Part shown: one piece after another, positions 51,373 to 62,552 of the stretch
Layout of the letters: each line of letters begins with the position of its first letter
Numbering within the stretch: the stretch's first letter is position 1
Position numbers and translations under genes: made by a program
The notes under the pieces: generated by a model
Databases searched by the model: none
Seen by the model: only the letters and a program-made list of their open reading frames with translations
Told to the model about the DNA's origin: nothing
Assembly: GCA_030704615.1 (NCBI GenBank)
Contig: CM060734.1
Span: forward strand, 62,868,001-62,932,000
Direction: 5' to 3'
Source of the DNA: Takakia lepidozioides
Taxonomy: Eukaryota; Plantae; Bryophyta
DNA length: 64,000 bases

Positions 51373-52389
51373 CATTTTTTCATTTCACTTTCATCCTTCC
51401 TGGAGCATATATAAGGGACCAGGGTCACCAAGCTCCTCACTTCTTTTGGCGCAAACACTTGAGTTGTTTTGGATGTTCTCTTGCCTTAAATGAGAGTGTA
51501 GCCCAAAAAGAGGGTGCGCACCCTTTGCCGTTGTGGCTTCCACCAAAGCCACTTCAGCAGATTGTGTATAAGCTCAACACTGCAAGGTGCATCGACCCAC
51601 TTGGGTTGGTGTAGAAGTGTTGGGCTGTCACATTGCACTGTAAAGTAAAAATGGGGGCCCTGTATCACCCACCAGTATAATTCTTCTCGTTCCTTCTTTA
51701 TCACACAATCCATTAATCCGGTTTCGATGCTACATGAAGCTGCAACGGAAGCAGGAAAACATCATGACACCTAGACTGGACTATCTTAGCATGCAATTTG
51801 TTTTGTTTATGCCATTGTCTCTTAATGATTATAATCCCAGCCTATGGCCGATGGTCAGGAAAGATATCGTGACCCCACTCCGGTTTCTTGACAGTGGCAC
51901 ATGTAGGTTTTCGTTATCTCGTCGAATCTGGTTCACCACGTCCACGGTTCGTGCTCAATGCCACATTCCACAGATTCTAGCATGGCTATGTTCAACAGTG
52001 TTCCTGGATTGATCTATGACGGAAGCTCTTGATGTATGTTATATTGACTGGAATGGTTCTCTCTTGGTTTTTCTTTAACTTTCCCGCCTAGCTTTTTCTA
52101 TTAGTTTGGCCCTTCGGTGTTCAGACTGTTGGATCTCCGTCCATAAGTCACTTCTATTGTTAAATCAATTTATTGCGATAGGCCAATGAGTGCTCCAACA
52201 GAGTTAGGTGCAAACGCGCAAGCTTTGAATCCATTGTTTATGAATGGCGGATGAATGTCTGTTGGACGAATAGCACATGGATGAATGTAGTTTGTGGATG
52301 AATAGAAAATTAAAAAGCATTTTCTAATAGTGGTTGCCAAATCCTTCGAGCTCCAGAGTGAATCCTGTTTTTTTTTTTTTTTTTTTTTC

Positions 52390-53490
52390 CCCCGGATGTG
52401 CCAGATTAAGGTGTCGTCGACGATGACACCTTAATCTGGGTGGTCTTCTAGTGTGCTATTTGGGGTGAATAACATCAACAAATAGCTTAGACTACATAAC
52501 TTATGATTCATTGTCAGGTCTTTCTTCCATGTGATCAAAAATACATGTTGGGTAAACGTCAGGTCCATTGCTTGCAAAGCAGGGGTTGGGTTCATTTGCA
52601 AGTTTTCCACAAAAATAAATAATAAAAAACAGATTTTTATTTTTATTTAAAAAACAAATTCTCCCGAATGTGCCAGATTAAGGTGTCGTTGACGACACAT
52701 AATCTGGATGGTCTTCTAGTCTGCTATTTGGGGTGAATGACATCTACAAATAGCTCGGACTACATAATTTATGATTCGTTGTCATGCCCTTCTTCCAGGT
52801 GACCAGAAATCCATGCTGGGTAAACGTCGGGTCTTTTGCTTCCAAAGCAGGGGTTGGGTTCATCTGCAAGTTTTCCAAAAAAAAAAAAAAAAAAAAAAAA
52901 AATTCCCTCCCGAATGTGCCAGATTAAGGTGTCGTTTGGGTGATCTTCGGGTTTGCTATTTGGGGTGAATGGCATCTACAAACAGCTCGGACTACATAAC
53001 TTATGATTTGTTGTCATACCCTTCTTCCAAGTGACTATAAATCCATGTTGGGTAAACGCCAAGTCTTTTGCTTGCAAAGTAGGGGTTGGGTTCATTTGCA
53101 AGTTTTTCAAAAAACAAAAAAAACAAAAAAAACAAACCGGATATTTTTATTTTATTTTATTTTTCTGCCGAATGTGCCAGATTTAAGGTGTTGTTGACGA
53201 CACCTTAATCTGGGTGGTCTTCTGGTATGCTATTTGGGGTGAATGGCATCTACAAATAGCTCAGACTACATAACTTATGATTCGTTGTCATGTCCTTCTT
53301 CCAGGTGACCAAAAATATATGTTGGGTAAACGCTAGGTCTTTTGCTTGCAAAGCAGGGATGGTTTCATTTGCAAATTTTCCAATAATAATAATAATAATA
53401 ATAAAATCTATTTTTTATATATTTTCCCCGAATGTGCCGGATGATTAAGGTGGCGTTGACGACAGCTTAATCTGGCTGGTCTTCTGGGCT
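52390..53490. repeat. Tandem array of a ~245-270-bp unit (4 full copies and 1 partial), most copies with a long hairpin
   Basis: ccg(a/g)atgtgcc(a/g)gat..aaggtg starts at ~52392, 52664, 52910, 53168 and 53428. Confidence 0.92.
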
Positions 53491-53800
53491 GGAATTAAGC
53501 TTCTGCCAAATTAAAATACATTTATTTAAACTCAACAATACATGGATCCCTACGCAGATGCTGATCGTAAATGATAAATGTTGTTGCAGTCATCCATGGT
53601 TCATTCATCAGGCCAATTTCTCATCCCACATTCATCCCATATTCATTCATCCATCAGCTTTTCATCGCACATTCATGCCACATTGTCGTCATGGAGTCTG
53701 TCTGTCTTCGGTCCGAAGGAGCGGAGATTGCGTCGTTGCAGTGGAGTTCGTCCACGGCAATAGGCCCACTTGTTCCCTCGGTTTTAGGGTCTGCATCAGT

Positions 53801-53890
53801 AATCTGCTCACGCTTTCAATCTGCTCACGCTTCGAGGAATCTGCTCACGCTTCGAGGAATCTGCTCACGCATAAAGGAATTTGCTCACAC
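53801..53890. repeat. Short tandem repeats of aatctgctcacgc (about 5 copies); the same motif occurs at 49398-49452
   Basis: Direct reading of the sequence. Confidence 0.85.
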
Positions 53891-54641
53891 CTTTGCTGCC
53901 CTCGCCCAGCCCCTCTACTCTGCCCGCTTGTTCCTTCCCGTCTATATTGCATTGCTTCAGGCTTTCATGATGTCATGTATGGTCAAAATTTGGCTGGATT
54001 TTTTTGGAAGCTTCCTACAATTTCCTGTTTTTTTGAAACCCTTGCTCTCCTTGGGAACCAGCCTTCTTTTTGCAGAAGAGTAATCTTCACCTTCACTCTG
54101 CTATAGCTCTCTTATGCTGGAATGGCCTCTTCTTCCGGAGAGAGAGTTGGCCACGGAGGGGTCACTATATGTTATTTTTCCATATCTTGTCCATATCACC
54201 TGTGTACAAAGGTATCTTTACACTAGGCTATATTTTTAAAATTTTGCATTTTTTTCCACCTTATCTTTAGGTAATATTGTAAAATCCTTTGTTTCCTTAT
54301 ACCCTATTTTTTTATAAATTGTTTTTCGTAACAATTAATTGGACCTTATTTTAAATTATCTTTTAAATAATTACAAAATTTCAAAGCATGTACACAAACA
54401 ACATTCCATACATAAGTCAAATGGCGGACCTAAAGAAAAGTTTAATTTTCACTAGCCATGAACTCATTCAAAGCCGCAACATCACTTTGATTTAAAGAGT
54501 ACAAGTTCTAATATGGTTCAAATGTTATAGTAGAGGTCAACTGAAGTTCAAATATGATTCCAGTGATACAGAGTGGATTGATGTTGAGACCATAATCTAC
54601 CCTATATTTGTTCTCACATGGTTTTGAAAATACGGGGAGTG

Positions 54642-54677
<36 letters not shown>

Positions 54678-54679
54678 TC

Positions 54680-57600
54680 CCAAGGAGTTGGTTGTTTTGT
54701 TTTCATTGGTTCTGTCCTTATATACACCTTCATCTTGTTGTTGCTATGTTCTTTCAGCCATCATTTCATAGTAATCCCATGGGCTGTTTAGTCTTTCCTA
54801 CATGACTTGGTCCCTGCAGTCTTGGAACATTCGAGGTATTGGTTCTGATACCTCTATGCCCAAAAGAAGGAGTGTTAAGGTTTGGGCTTCTTCTTTTCTC
54901 TCCTCCTCTGCCATTCTTTTTCTTCAAGAGACTAAGTTGGATGACAACAAGATCAGGTCTATTAGTAATAGCTTCTGGCCTGCCCATGTGGTTTGGTGGA
55001 ACCCAACGGTTTCCACCACCAGTGGGGGGACAGCGGTGTTGATTTCCCCTTCCATTGCTGCTCATATTGAGGATGTCAAAATTTGGATTTTTGGTCGTGT
55101 TCAGTGTGTATTCACTAAGTCTTCCTCTCCCTTTGGCGAGACTGCTTTCATCAATGTGTACGCTCCTAATCTCTCTCTTGAACGTGCCTCCCTTTGGGAC
55201 AGTATCAGAGATAAGGTTATTAGTTTCCCGCACATTCTTAATTGGGTTCTGGCTGGAGATCACAACATGGTGGAAAATCCTAGTGACAGGCTGGTGCATG
55301 CCTCGCAATCTCTATCTGATGCAGAACAGATTGCATGGGACATGCTCTACTTTTCGGTTGGTTTAGTTGATGGTTTCTCTGACTCATACTTCTGGTCTAA
55401 GATTCACTTGGTCCAATTTGAGATCCCCCCCGCACCTCTGTATGGCTCACCTTGACAGAATTTACTGCTCTCACTCGCTTTTTTCCTGGTCGAAGTGCAT
55501 GCCTCAGAGTCCTATCCTTGCTGATTTTGATCATGCAGTTGTGGCTGCGGAATTTGGACCTCTTGTAATGCACTCTAGAGGTCGTGGCTATTTCAAGTTG
55601 AATCCAGGAGTTTTGAAGCAGACTGCTTTCCTGCAGCAGCTCAAGAATGAATGGTCTTCCTCTGGTTCTGGTTTTTTTTCTCCGACGGTTACCTTCCTGC
55701 ATAAGTTTCAAGCCACCAGAAGGCTGGCGCAGTCTCTCTCCCATTCCATTGCCCTGGAAAGGTCGCGTAGACTTAAGTCCCTGACTAGATGCTTGGTTCA
55801 TTGTCAAAGTCGGATTGAGAAAGGCCTTTTAGGTTATGTGATGATGGAGTCCTATCTCATTGCTAAAAGAAACCTGGCAGCTTTACCTGCTGAGACAAAA
55901 AACTTCACTCGCATCCGAGCAGGTGTGAACTGGTCCTTGAAAGGTGAGAAAATGACTGGGTATTTCTTTCACAAGGCTAAACAAAGAAAGGATGCTACCC
56001 ATCTTCACTCAATAACTGATTGCAATGGTACATCCCTATCTAACCCCAAAGAGATGGTTGCTTCTGCAGCTGTGCACTTTGCCAATCTGTTCTCTAGGAC
56101 TGTGGAGAATTCTCAGGTAGCTGCTTACAGAACTGAGGTCCTTCTTTTCCTTCCCTGCTTTGCTTTCATCTAATGACCAGTCTCAATTATCTGCTCCCTT
56201 CTCTTCCAAGGAGCTGTTGCAAGCAGCGGAGGCCTTGATTTTGTTCGCCGAAGATGCCTGGTTTGGATGGTCTTCCTGTGGAGTTCTTTACTGCCCTTTG
56301 GGAGGTGCTTGGTGAGGACTTTCTTGCCTTGGCCAATGATATTTTACTTAAAGGGATCATGCATTCCCAGCTCTCTCAGGGGGTTATTACTTTGGTTTAT
56401 ACAAAAGGAGATCGTGAGCTTATTTTGAATTATAGGCCTATTACCTTGCTAAACTCTTCCTACAAAATTATTGCTAAGGCCTTAGCACTATGTTTACAAC
56501 CATTGTTGTCCAAACTAATCAGGCCAGAGCAAACAGGGTTCTTAAGAAAACAGAATGATTCTAGATAACATTCTGCTTGCCCACAAAGCGCCGTTGCATC
56601 TGGCTCATTCTGCTAATCAACCTTTAGCAATGTTGATGCTAGACTTCGAAAAGGCCTTTGACAATATTAATTGGTGCCCAAAGTAGGCTCCCATTCTGGA
56701 GTCCCAGTCGTTCTCATGAAGCTCAGAATAGAGCTGTGCGGGGGCTTTAGCTTGTTCATTTTTCTCTTCTTAGCCTTAAGAATGTTGGTGTGGCTTCTCA
56801 CCATCTAGAAAGATGCAGCTCCTAACACTCTTCTGCTTCTGTTCTTTCTGTTTTCTGTGTCTTTCTTAATTTTCTCCTGTTCATTGTCTGTATATCATTG
56901 AACTGAGAGTCACATTGCATATTATCCGTTAGTCGTCTGGTTGACGGTAGGTAGAAATAGAAAGAAAAAAATTAAGCTTCTAATGTCCACCTGTTGGCTC
57001 CAAGGGCCAATGGCAATATGTTATTCTTGGCTTCTCAAGGTTGTGAACGACCAATAAAATCTGACCCCTGTTTTGCTTTCTCTCAAAGGATATCCTCGGC
57101 CTCTAGTAGGGTCATGGTCAATGGTGTGGTTTCTAAGTCCTTTCCTCTCTTCAAGTCAGTTCGGCAAGGTTGCCCATTGGCGCCCTTTCTTTTTCTTGTT
57201 GCAGCTGACGGATTGGGTCATCTGATGGACAAAAGAAAGGACTCGGTGGGTCTCATTATCCCAAGCTCCCCCCTTGATGCCACTGTCTCCTCTATTACAT
57301 CTTCTGTATATGCTGATGACACTTCCCTTTTCATTGACAATTCTTCTTCTTCTAATGTGAGCTCTTTCCTCATCTCCCTTGAGACCTTCTGTGGAGCTTC
57401 AGGTCTGAAGATTAATTGGAAGAAATCAGTTGGGTTACTAAGCCAACTTTTCGACCCTTCCTCAGGTCAGCACTGTGACCCCTGGGGTGTTGATCTTGGC
57501 TTGCGATGGCTGGCTGAAGGTGATCCTCATGAGCTTCTGGGCCATCTGATTGGGATTGATTTGGATGATGAAGCTCGTTTCTCGTCTGTTCTTTCTAATT

Positions 57601-59810
57601 AAAGAAGAATCTTTCCCACTGGTCATCTTACTATGGTGGGAAGAGTGCTGATTGTTAACCAAGTTCTTCTTGCCTCCTTGTGGTTCATGTCCTCTGTTTG
57701 GTATCCCGGCTCTCCTATTGTTAAAAGGGATCAAATCCCTTATGAGGAATTTCATTTGGGGAGCCTCACCTTCCTCCCCAAACAAGAGAGCATTGGTAAG
57801 TTGGGACCAACTCTGTCAAAGCAAGAAGAATGGGGGTTTGGGAGTTTTAGATCCGCAAACACAGATCACGGCGCTTTTGGCTAGTGGGTCCCATGAGTCT
57901 TGACTCACCTATGCAGTCCCTGGAGTCGCCTGGTGCGTAATCACCTATTGGCTGTAACGCCCCGTACCAGCTTGAAGTGGCCTAACTCCTTGAGATGGAC
58001 TGTGCAAGGTGGCAAGTCCAATGAGTGCCCGGGCTTGGGTTCGAAAGCCTGGCAGTCCATCTGGTTGGCTTGGTGCAAGATCCGCCCCTTCCTTTCTCAG
58101 AACCAGCCTTCCTCTTTTAGTGAAGTATTGAGACAACCCTTGTTTGGATGATTCCATCCATGGCTCTGATGCTCTGATTACTTGCTCTAAACGTTGGGCT
58201 GAATGGGCAGATGCAGGTCTGGCGCACCTCCTGCATTTTTGGGATGATGCTTCAGACTCTGTGATTACAACTGACTGTGCTGCTCAGATGCCCAGCATCT
58301 GGACTTCTTTGCTCGCTGAACCGCACTTCAAAAAAATTCATGGCTGGTTTGGTTACAATGTTGACTCCAATCCTAGAGCCATTTATATTGTTAGCAGCAG
58401 TAATAATCTCATAAGTGGTACTAGCTTCACTGTCAATCAAATGGGTATGTTTTCTTCCCCGGTTATGTTGAGTATCCCAGCCACTTCAGATTGAGTAATC
58501 TGCTTGCTTTCTGGAATGCCCAATCTTATCCCCCCCCCTTGAACTCCCTCACTATAATTGTTCATTTTGCTGGTTCCTTTCTGCTCCACTGAAGTTGCTG
58601 CAGTTTGACCTTGGCGAATGGTTTTGGTTGAATAAGAAGCGTGATCCCTTCTTCAATTACTCCGTGAAGTTGGGCTATAAGCTGTTGTTGCCAAAGAGAG
58701 GCCTAGATAGCAAATGGACCAGAAAATGGGAGCACATCCCTGGTCACCCAGTGACTTGGAAAGCAGTTTGGGTTGACATTTGGAAGAAGCATAGGGCCAC
58801 TAAGGTGGTAGCTTTTCTATGGAAGGTTGTGAATAGAATCTTGTCAGTTGCGGCACTGTTCTCTGACTTTCCATCGGAATGTGGTTCCTGCAATATTCAT
58901 GCTCCGGAGGATTTGGAGCACTGTCTGGTTCTTTGTCCTTTTGCGAGGGCAGTTTGGGAAAAGGCCCTCTCCCTCTACTCCAATTGGTCTACCAATCTAT
59001 GCTTCTCTCCTTCTGTTATGCTTATGAATATTAAAGAGGGATCCATTTTCTGCTCTTGCCCGGTTTGGGAGTCTATTAGAGGTATCATTCTTTGGAACAT
59101 CTCGAAGATGAGGTGTGAAGTGGTTTTTCAAAGGGTGAGGCCATGTTTGCCGAGGGTCCTCTACTGGGCTCACTCAGACCTGCTGTCTGAGGTTCGTAAA
59201 GCGTGGTTTGTATTGATTTCAGCTCTTCCAAGGTGTAGCAGCTCCAACTTAGGGATCAGCTGCTTGCCGACTTCGACAAATCATGGGGACATGGATACAT
59301 CCTTTGCAGAAGGATTTCAGACTCTCGGATCGCTTGGGAAGACTCCCTCCCTACGTGTTGGAAGCTCCATTAGCTTGAAGCCTTCCCTATTGGAGGGCGG
59401 AAACTCGGAGGTCAACTGGAAACACAAGCGTAGTATTAGAAAGGGCAAATCTAAAGCCCAGCTCTCTTTTGAGGCTCCAAAGCGTAAAAGGGCCAGTGAT
59501 TAGTTTCAGGCTTCTTAGCTTAGTTTCTAGGTGCAAGCCTATGCTTTTTTACTGCCTCTTGTTCCTCTTTCTTTGCCTCTTCTTCCTCTGTGTAGTTCTG
59601 CAATGGCTGTAGCTTATGGATTTATAAGCTTGGTGTTATGTTGCAGTTTTCTTATTTTGCTGTTGTCCCTTTCCCTTACTGTTTCTCTAGCTCGGAGTGG
59701 AACCTCTTTAGCCTTCATAGCAATTGTAAAGTTATTTTTTCCTTATCTGTCAAATAAATTTTCCAGGGCTACAATCCCCTGTTGAATTGTTTATAAAAAT
59801 AAAAATAAAA
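54680..59810 (+). mobile_element. L1-clade LINE with complete but disrupted ORF2 (APE endonuclease, RT, zf-RVT) and no ORF1; same family as 25767-28927
   Basis: SWNIRGI, FLQETK, INVYAPN, GDHN, LDRIY, DHA; PGLDG, NYRPITLLN, LDFEKAFD, RQGCPLAP, YADD; C..C..EDLEHCLVLCPFA. A-rich tail at ~59793-59810. A foreign ~420-bp segment lies at ~56675-57090. Confidence 0.95.
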
Positions 59811-60092
59811 CGACCGCCAATTCTGGCAGTCGCCCATTATTTTTGTTTTTTCATTATTTATCTGCCACCACCACCGTGCTGGCGACGTGGCTGCCTAAGT
59901 GGCATTTTTTTTACCTTGATTTTCTATTGATACCAAGAACCTGACATGACGTAGGGCCCGTCAGCGTGAGGTTTGACGTGAACTGACGCTGACGGACGGA
60001 CGTGACGTTGATAACCGGGTTACAATAGAGTCAATTATATATTCGAGAGATATCTTGACTATCGCCATCTTTCCACTTTTATGCTTGAAAAG

Positions 60093-60750
60093 TTTTTTTT
60101 TTTTTTTTTTTAAATAAATAAAATTTAAAGGGATTGTACCCTGATTATTTTATTATATTTTTGGTTGGCCGAAAGGCCATTACAATTTATTTGGGATTAT
60201 TCGGGGAAAAAAAAATTAAAACCCCTATTTTCGCCATAAGGCGCACACACACCGTTATCAGTGAAGTTAGAACCCGTACCCTCATTGAGGTAAACTGAGC
60301 CAAAGAGGCCCCGAACATGACCCCTCGTAGAGGGAAGTGTTAGCTATGGTTACCCAAAACGATGCCCTAGGATTTATGTTACTACCCCGGAGGAAGAAAC
60401 ATAAACCGGAAGTCAAACACATGAATACATAAAGTAACGGCACCAGCGTGAGTTAGTGCACTGCCTAGGGATTGGTAATGTTATTACACCTGCCTAAACT
60501 GAAGACAAGAGGCTTTAGAAGAGCCCTTAAGATGTTTCCAGTTTATCTCGTGTGTTGCGAATTCCTCTCCAGCTGGGTGGGGGCAGGTCTGGCCAGACAC
60601 AGGTGTTGCGCTGCTGCAGATGAGGCCTCGATTACCCCAGGTGGTGCGGAATTTATCATGGGAAGCCCCTGCGATCTCTGGTTTCCGTTGGATCTGTGCA
60701 CAAATGCTTGGCCCAAGCCTTCTTGGATTCTGTTCCAAGGTCATAGAAAA
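60093..60750 (-). mobile_element. 3' fragment of a more diverged member of the same L1 family
   Basis: KFRTTWGNRGLIC, WPDLPPPSW and EINWKH align with the other two copies. 3' stem-loop and poly(A), seen as the T run at 60093-60111. Confidence 0.7.
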
Positions 60751-60759
60751 CAGATGTGA

Positions 60760-61000
60760 GAAGAGCTGAAACTGTAGAAGATCTTTTTTATTTAGGCATA
60801 AATTATCTTTTAGACACAAAAATAATTTATTCCTATTCTAGACATAAAAATTTATCTACTAGGTATTCTAGCCTTGTGCCTATTTGTGAGAACCGCTTAC
60901 AACAAACATATAAGCTAGGGGTGAGGGTTTGTGTACCTCATTCCATTTCTCTCCCACTGATGAGCTCACTTGTTGAGCAAAACTAGTCTGGGACTTAATA
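60760..61000 (+). mobile_element. Probable Penelope-like element remnant (ORF C-terminus plus hammerhead)
   Basis: KIIYSYSRHKNLS resembles the post-RT vaYxRxxNL motif of Penelope-like elements, and a type I hammerhead follows ~100 bp downstream. Confidence 0.5.
60952..60993 (+). ncRNA. Minimal type I hammerhead ribozyme (core G12 changed to A)
   Basis: Stem I tccca/tggga, core CTGATGA (60957-60963), stem II gctca-cttgt-tgagc, AAAA in place of GAAA, 2-bp stem III within palindromic ACTAGT, cleavage triplet GTC (60986-60988). Confidence 0.8.
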
Positions 61001-62552
61001 GAGATTTGCTACTCTTCTGCATCTAAGGGTTAATGTCTCTGCTGTGCTATTGAGCTTTATGTTTGCTATCATCTATTGCTCTAGTTCCATTGCATGTGGT
61101 TGCATTGTCTCTATTGCATTACATGCATTAAACTCTTTCTCGAGTGTTGCATATTAGATGAGCATTTAAGTCGTTCTCTCTTTTTGCCTATTTGCATATC
61201 TTTGCAATTGCATCTTAGAACATCTCAACATCACTTCTTTTCTAGCTTTTTGTCTCTCAGGATCAACGCTATTAGTTTTGATTCATAGGATCTAGATATC
61301 TGCACCCTATGGTACTGTCCACTACGCTCCTCTTACGCTGGTAGAGTTCTGGCGCGACTACCGAAACACTTTCCCGGCTCCCTCTAGAACGTTCTCTATT
61401 CTACAACGTTCTCCCCACATCCAACAGCCACCTGGGGCCAATGCCACTTACCACCGGCTTCATAAGTTTCAAAGAAACTTGCAGATGTCAACTCCCTTTT
61501 AGTCGATTTTATTTTTCATGTGGCTGGGATATCCCCCTTTTTAATTCTTGGACCATCCTCTAATGGATAGGGTCCCCGCAAACTTGAGAGGCATTATTCC
61601 TATATGCTTACTTTATCCCAAAACTTGCATGCGAGTAAACAAAAATCCCAACCCCTTGCACAACAATTGAGCATCGCACCACAAATCCTTCTGATGACTG
61701 TGCCCTCACAGCTAAAGGAGGAGCAGTAAGCATATCTTCCTCTCATTAATCACATAAATATCCCTTGGTTGGGTGTAATTTTAATGATATTAATTCAACC
61801 AACATGACGGGCCAAAAGCTTCGGTTTTGGGATGTTGGATGGTTACTGGAAGCAAAAGACCTCACTTTTCTTGAAGGGGGATTTCAGGAGAGGTTTTTTG
61901 GCTTGTTTGAGATTGGCAGCTCAAGTAGTTACTGAGAACACTGGGAGTCACACCAGCGATAGAGACCTGCGTCAGTGGACCGACACTGGCAGTATCGCTT
62001 ACTGTGAGGGAGTCAAGTGGGCATCAATCAATAACAACATACCCACAATTATGTGAAACTTTCAAGCAGCCACCATGGGATTGGATCTTGGTGGGTTAAG
62101 GATAGCTTTTGACAATATTCATGCAAGTTCGTCAAGGCCTCCATCCAAAGCCACACCACAAGAAACAAACAAACATACTGCAAATTTAAGATGCTGAACA
62201 AACTTGTGCACAGGGCTGCCCCTCTAATCAAGCTCATCAAAATCCGTATTCACTTCCATCTTCAAGCTTTGGAGAAGCTCCACCACCCAAACCCAGAATT
62301 AGGACAGCACTCTGATTTCCATCTACTGTCACCAAAGTCAGTCCAATATCACCCCTTCAGAAAGTGCAATTATGGGCTGACTTCCCACCTATGCCGGGTA
62401 GACCCCACTATCATTTTCCATGGATATGCCACAGGAAATGCACTCAACAGTTCATCATGGTCAATACCCTCAGGAAATGTTGGAGGATCTGAGTAGCTAC
62501 ACAGATCACTGAATGAAGCAAGACACTCGCATCTTTCCAAGAAAACATCCTT

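Noticed and set aside
60166-60180. GGCC-GAAA-GGCC hairpin resembling hammerhead stem II
   Set aside because: No CUGANGA upstream or GAAA downstream; lies in an L1 3' UTR.
61686-61722. Second hammerhead (tcctt-CTGATGA-ctgtg/cacag...aagga)
   Set aside because: No GAAA, stem III or NUH cleavage site. At best a deleted remnant, possibly chance.
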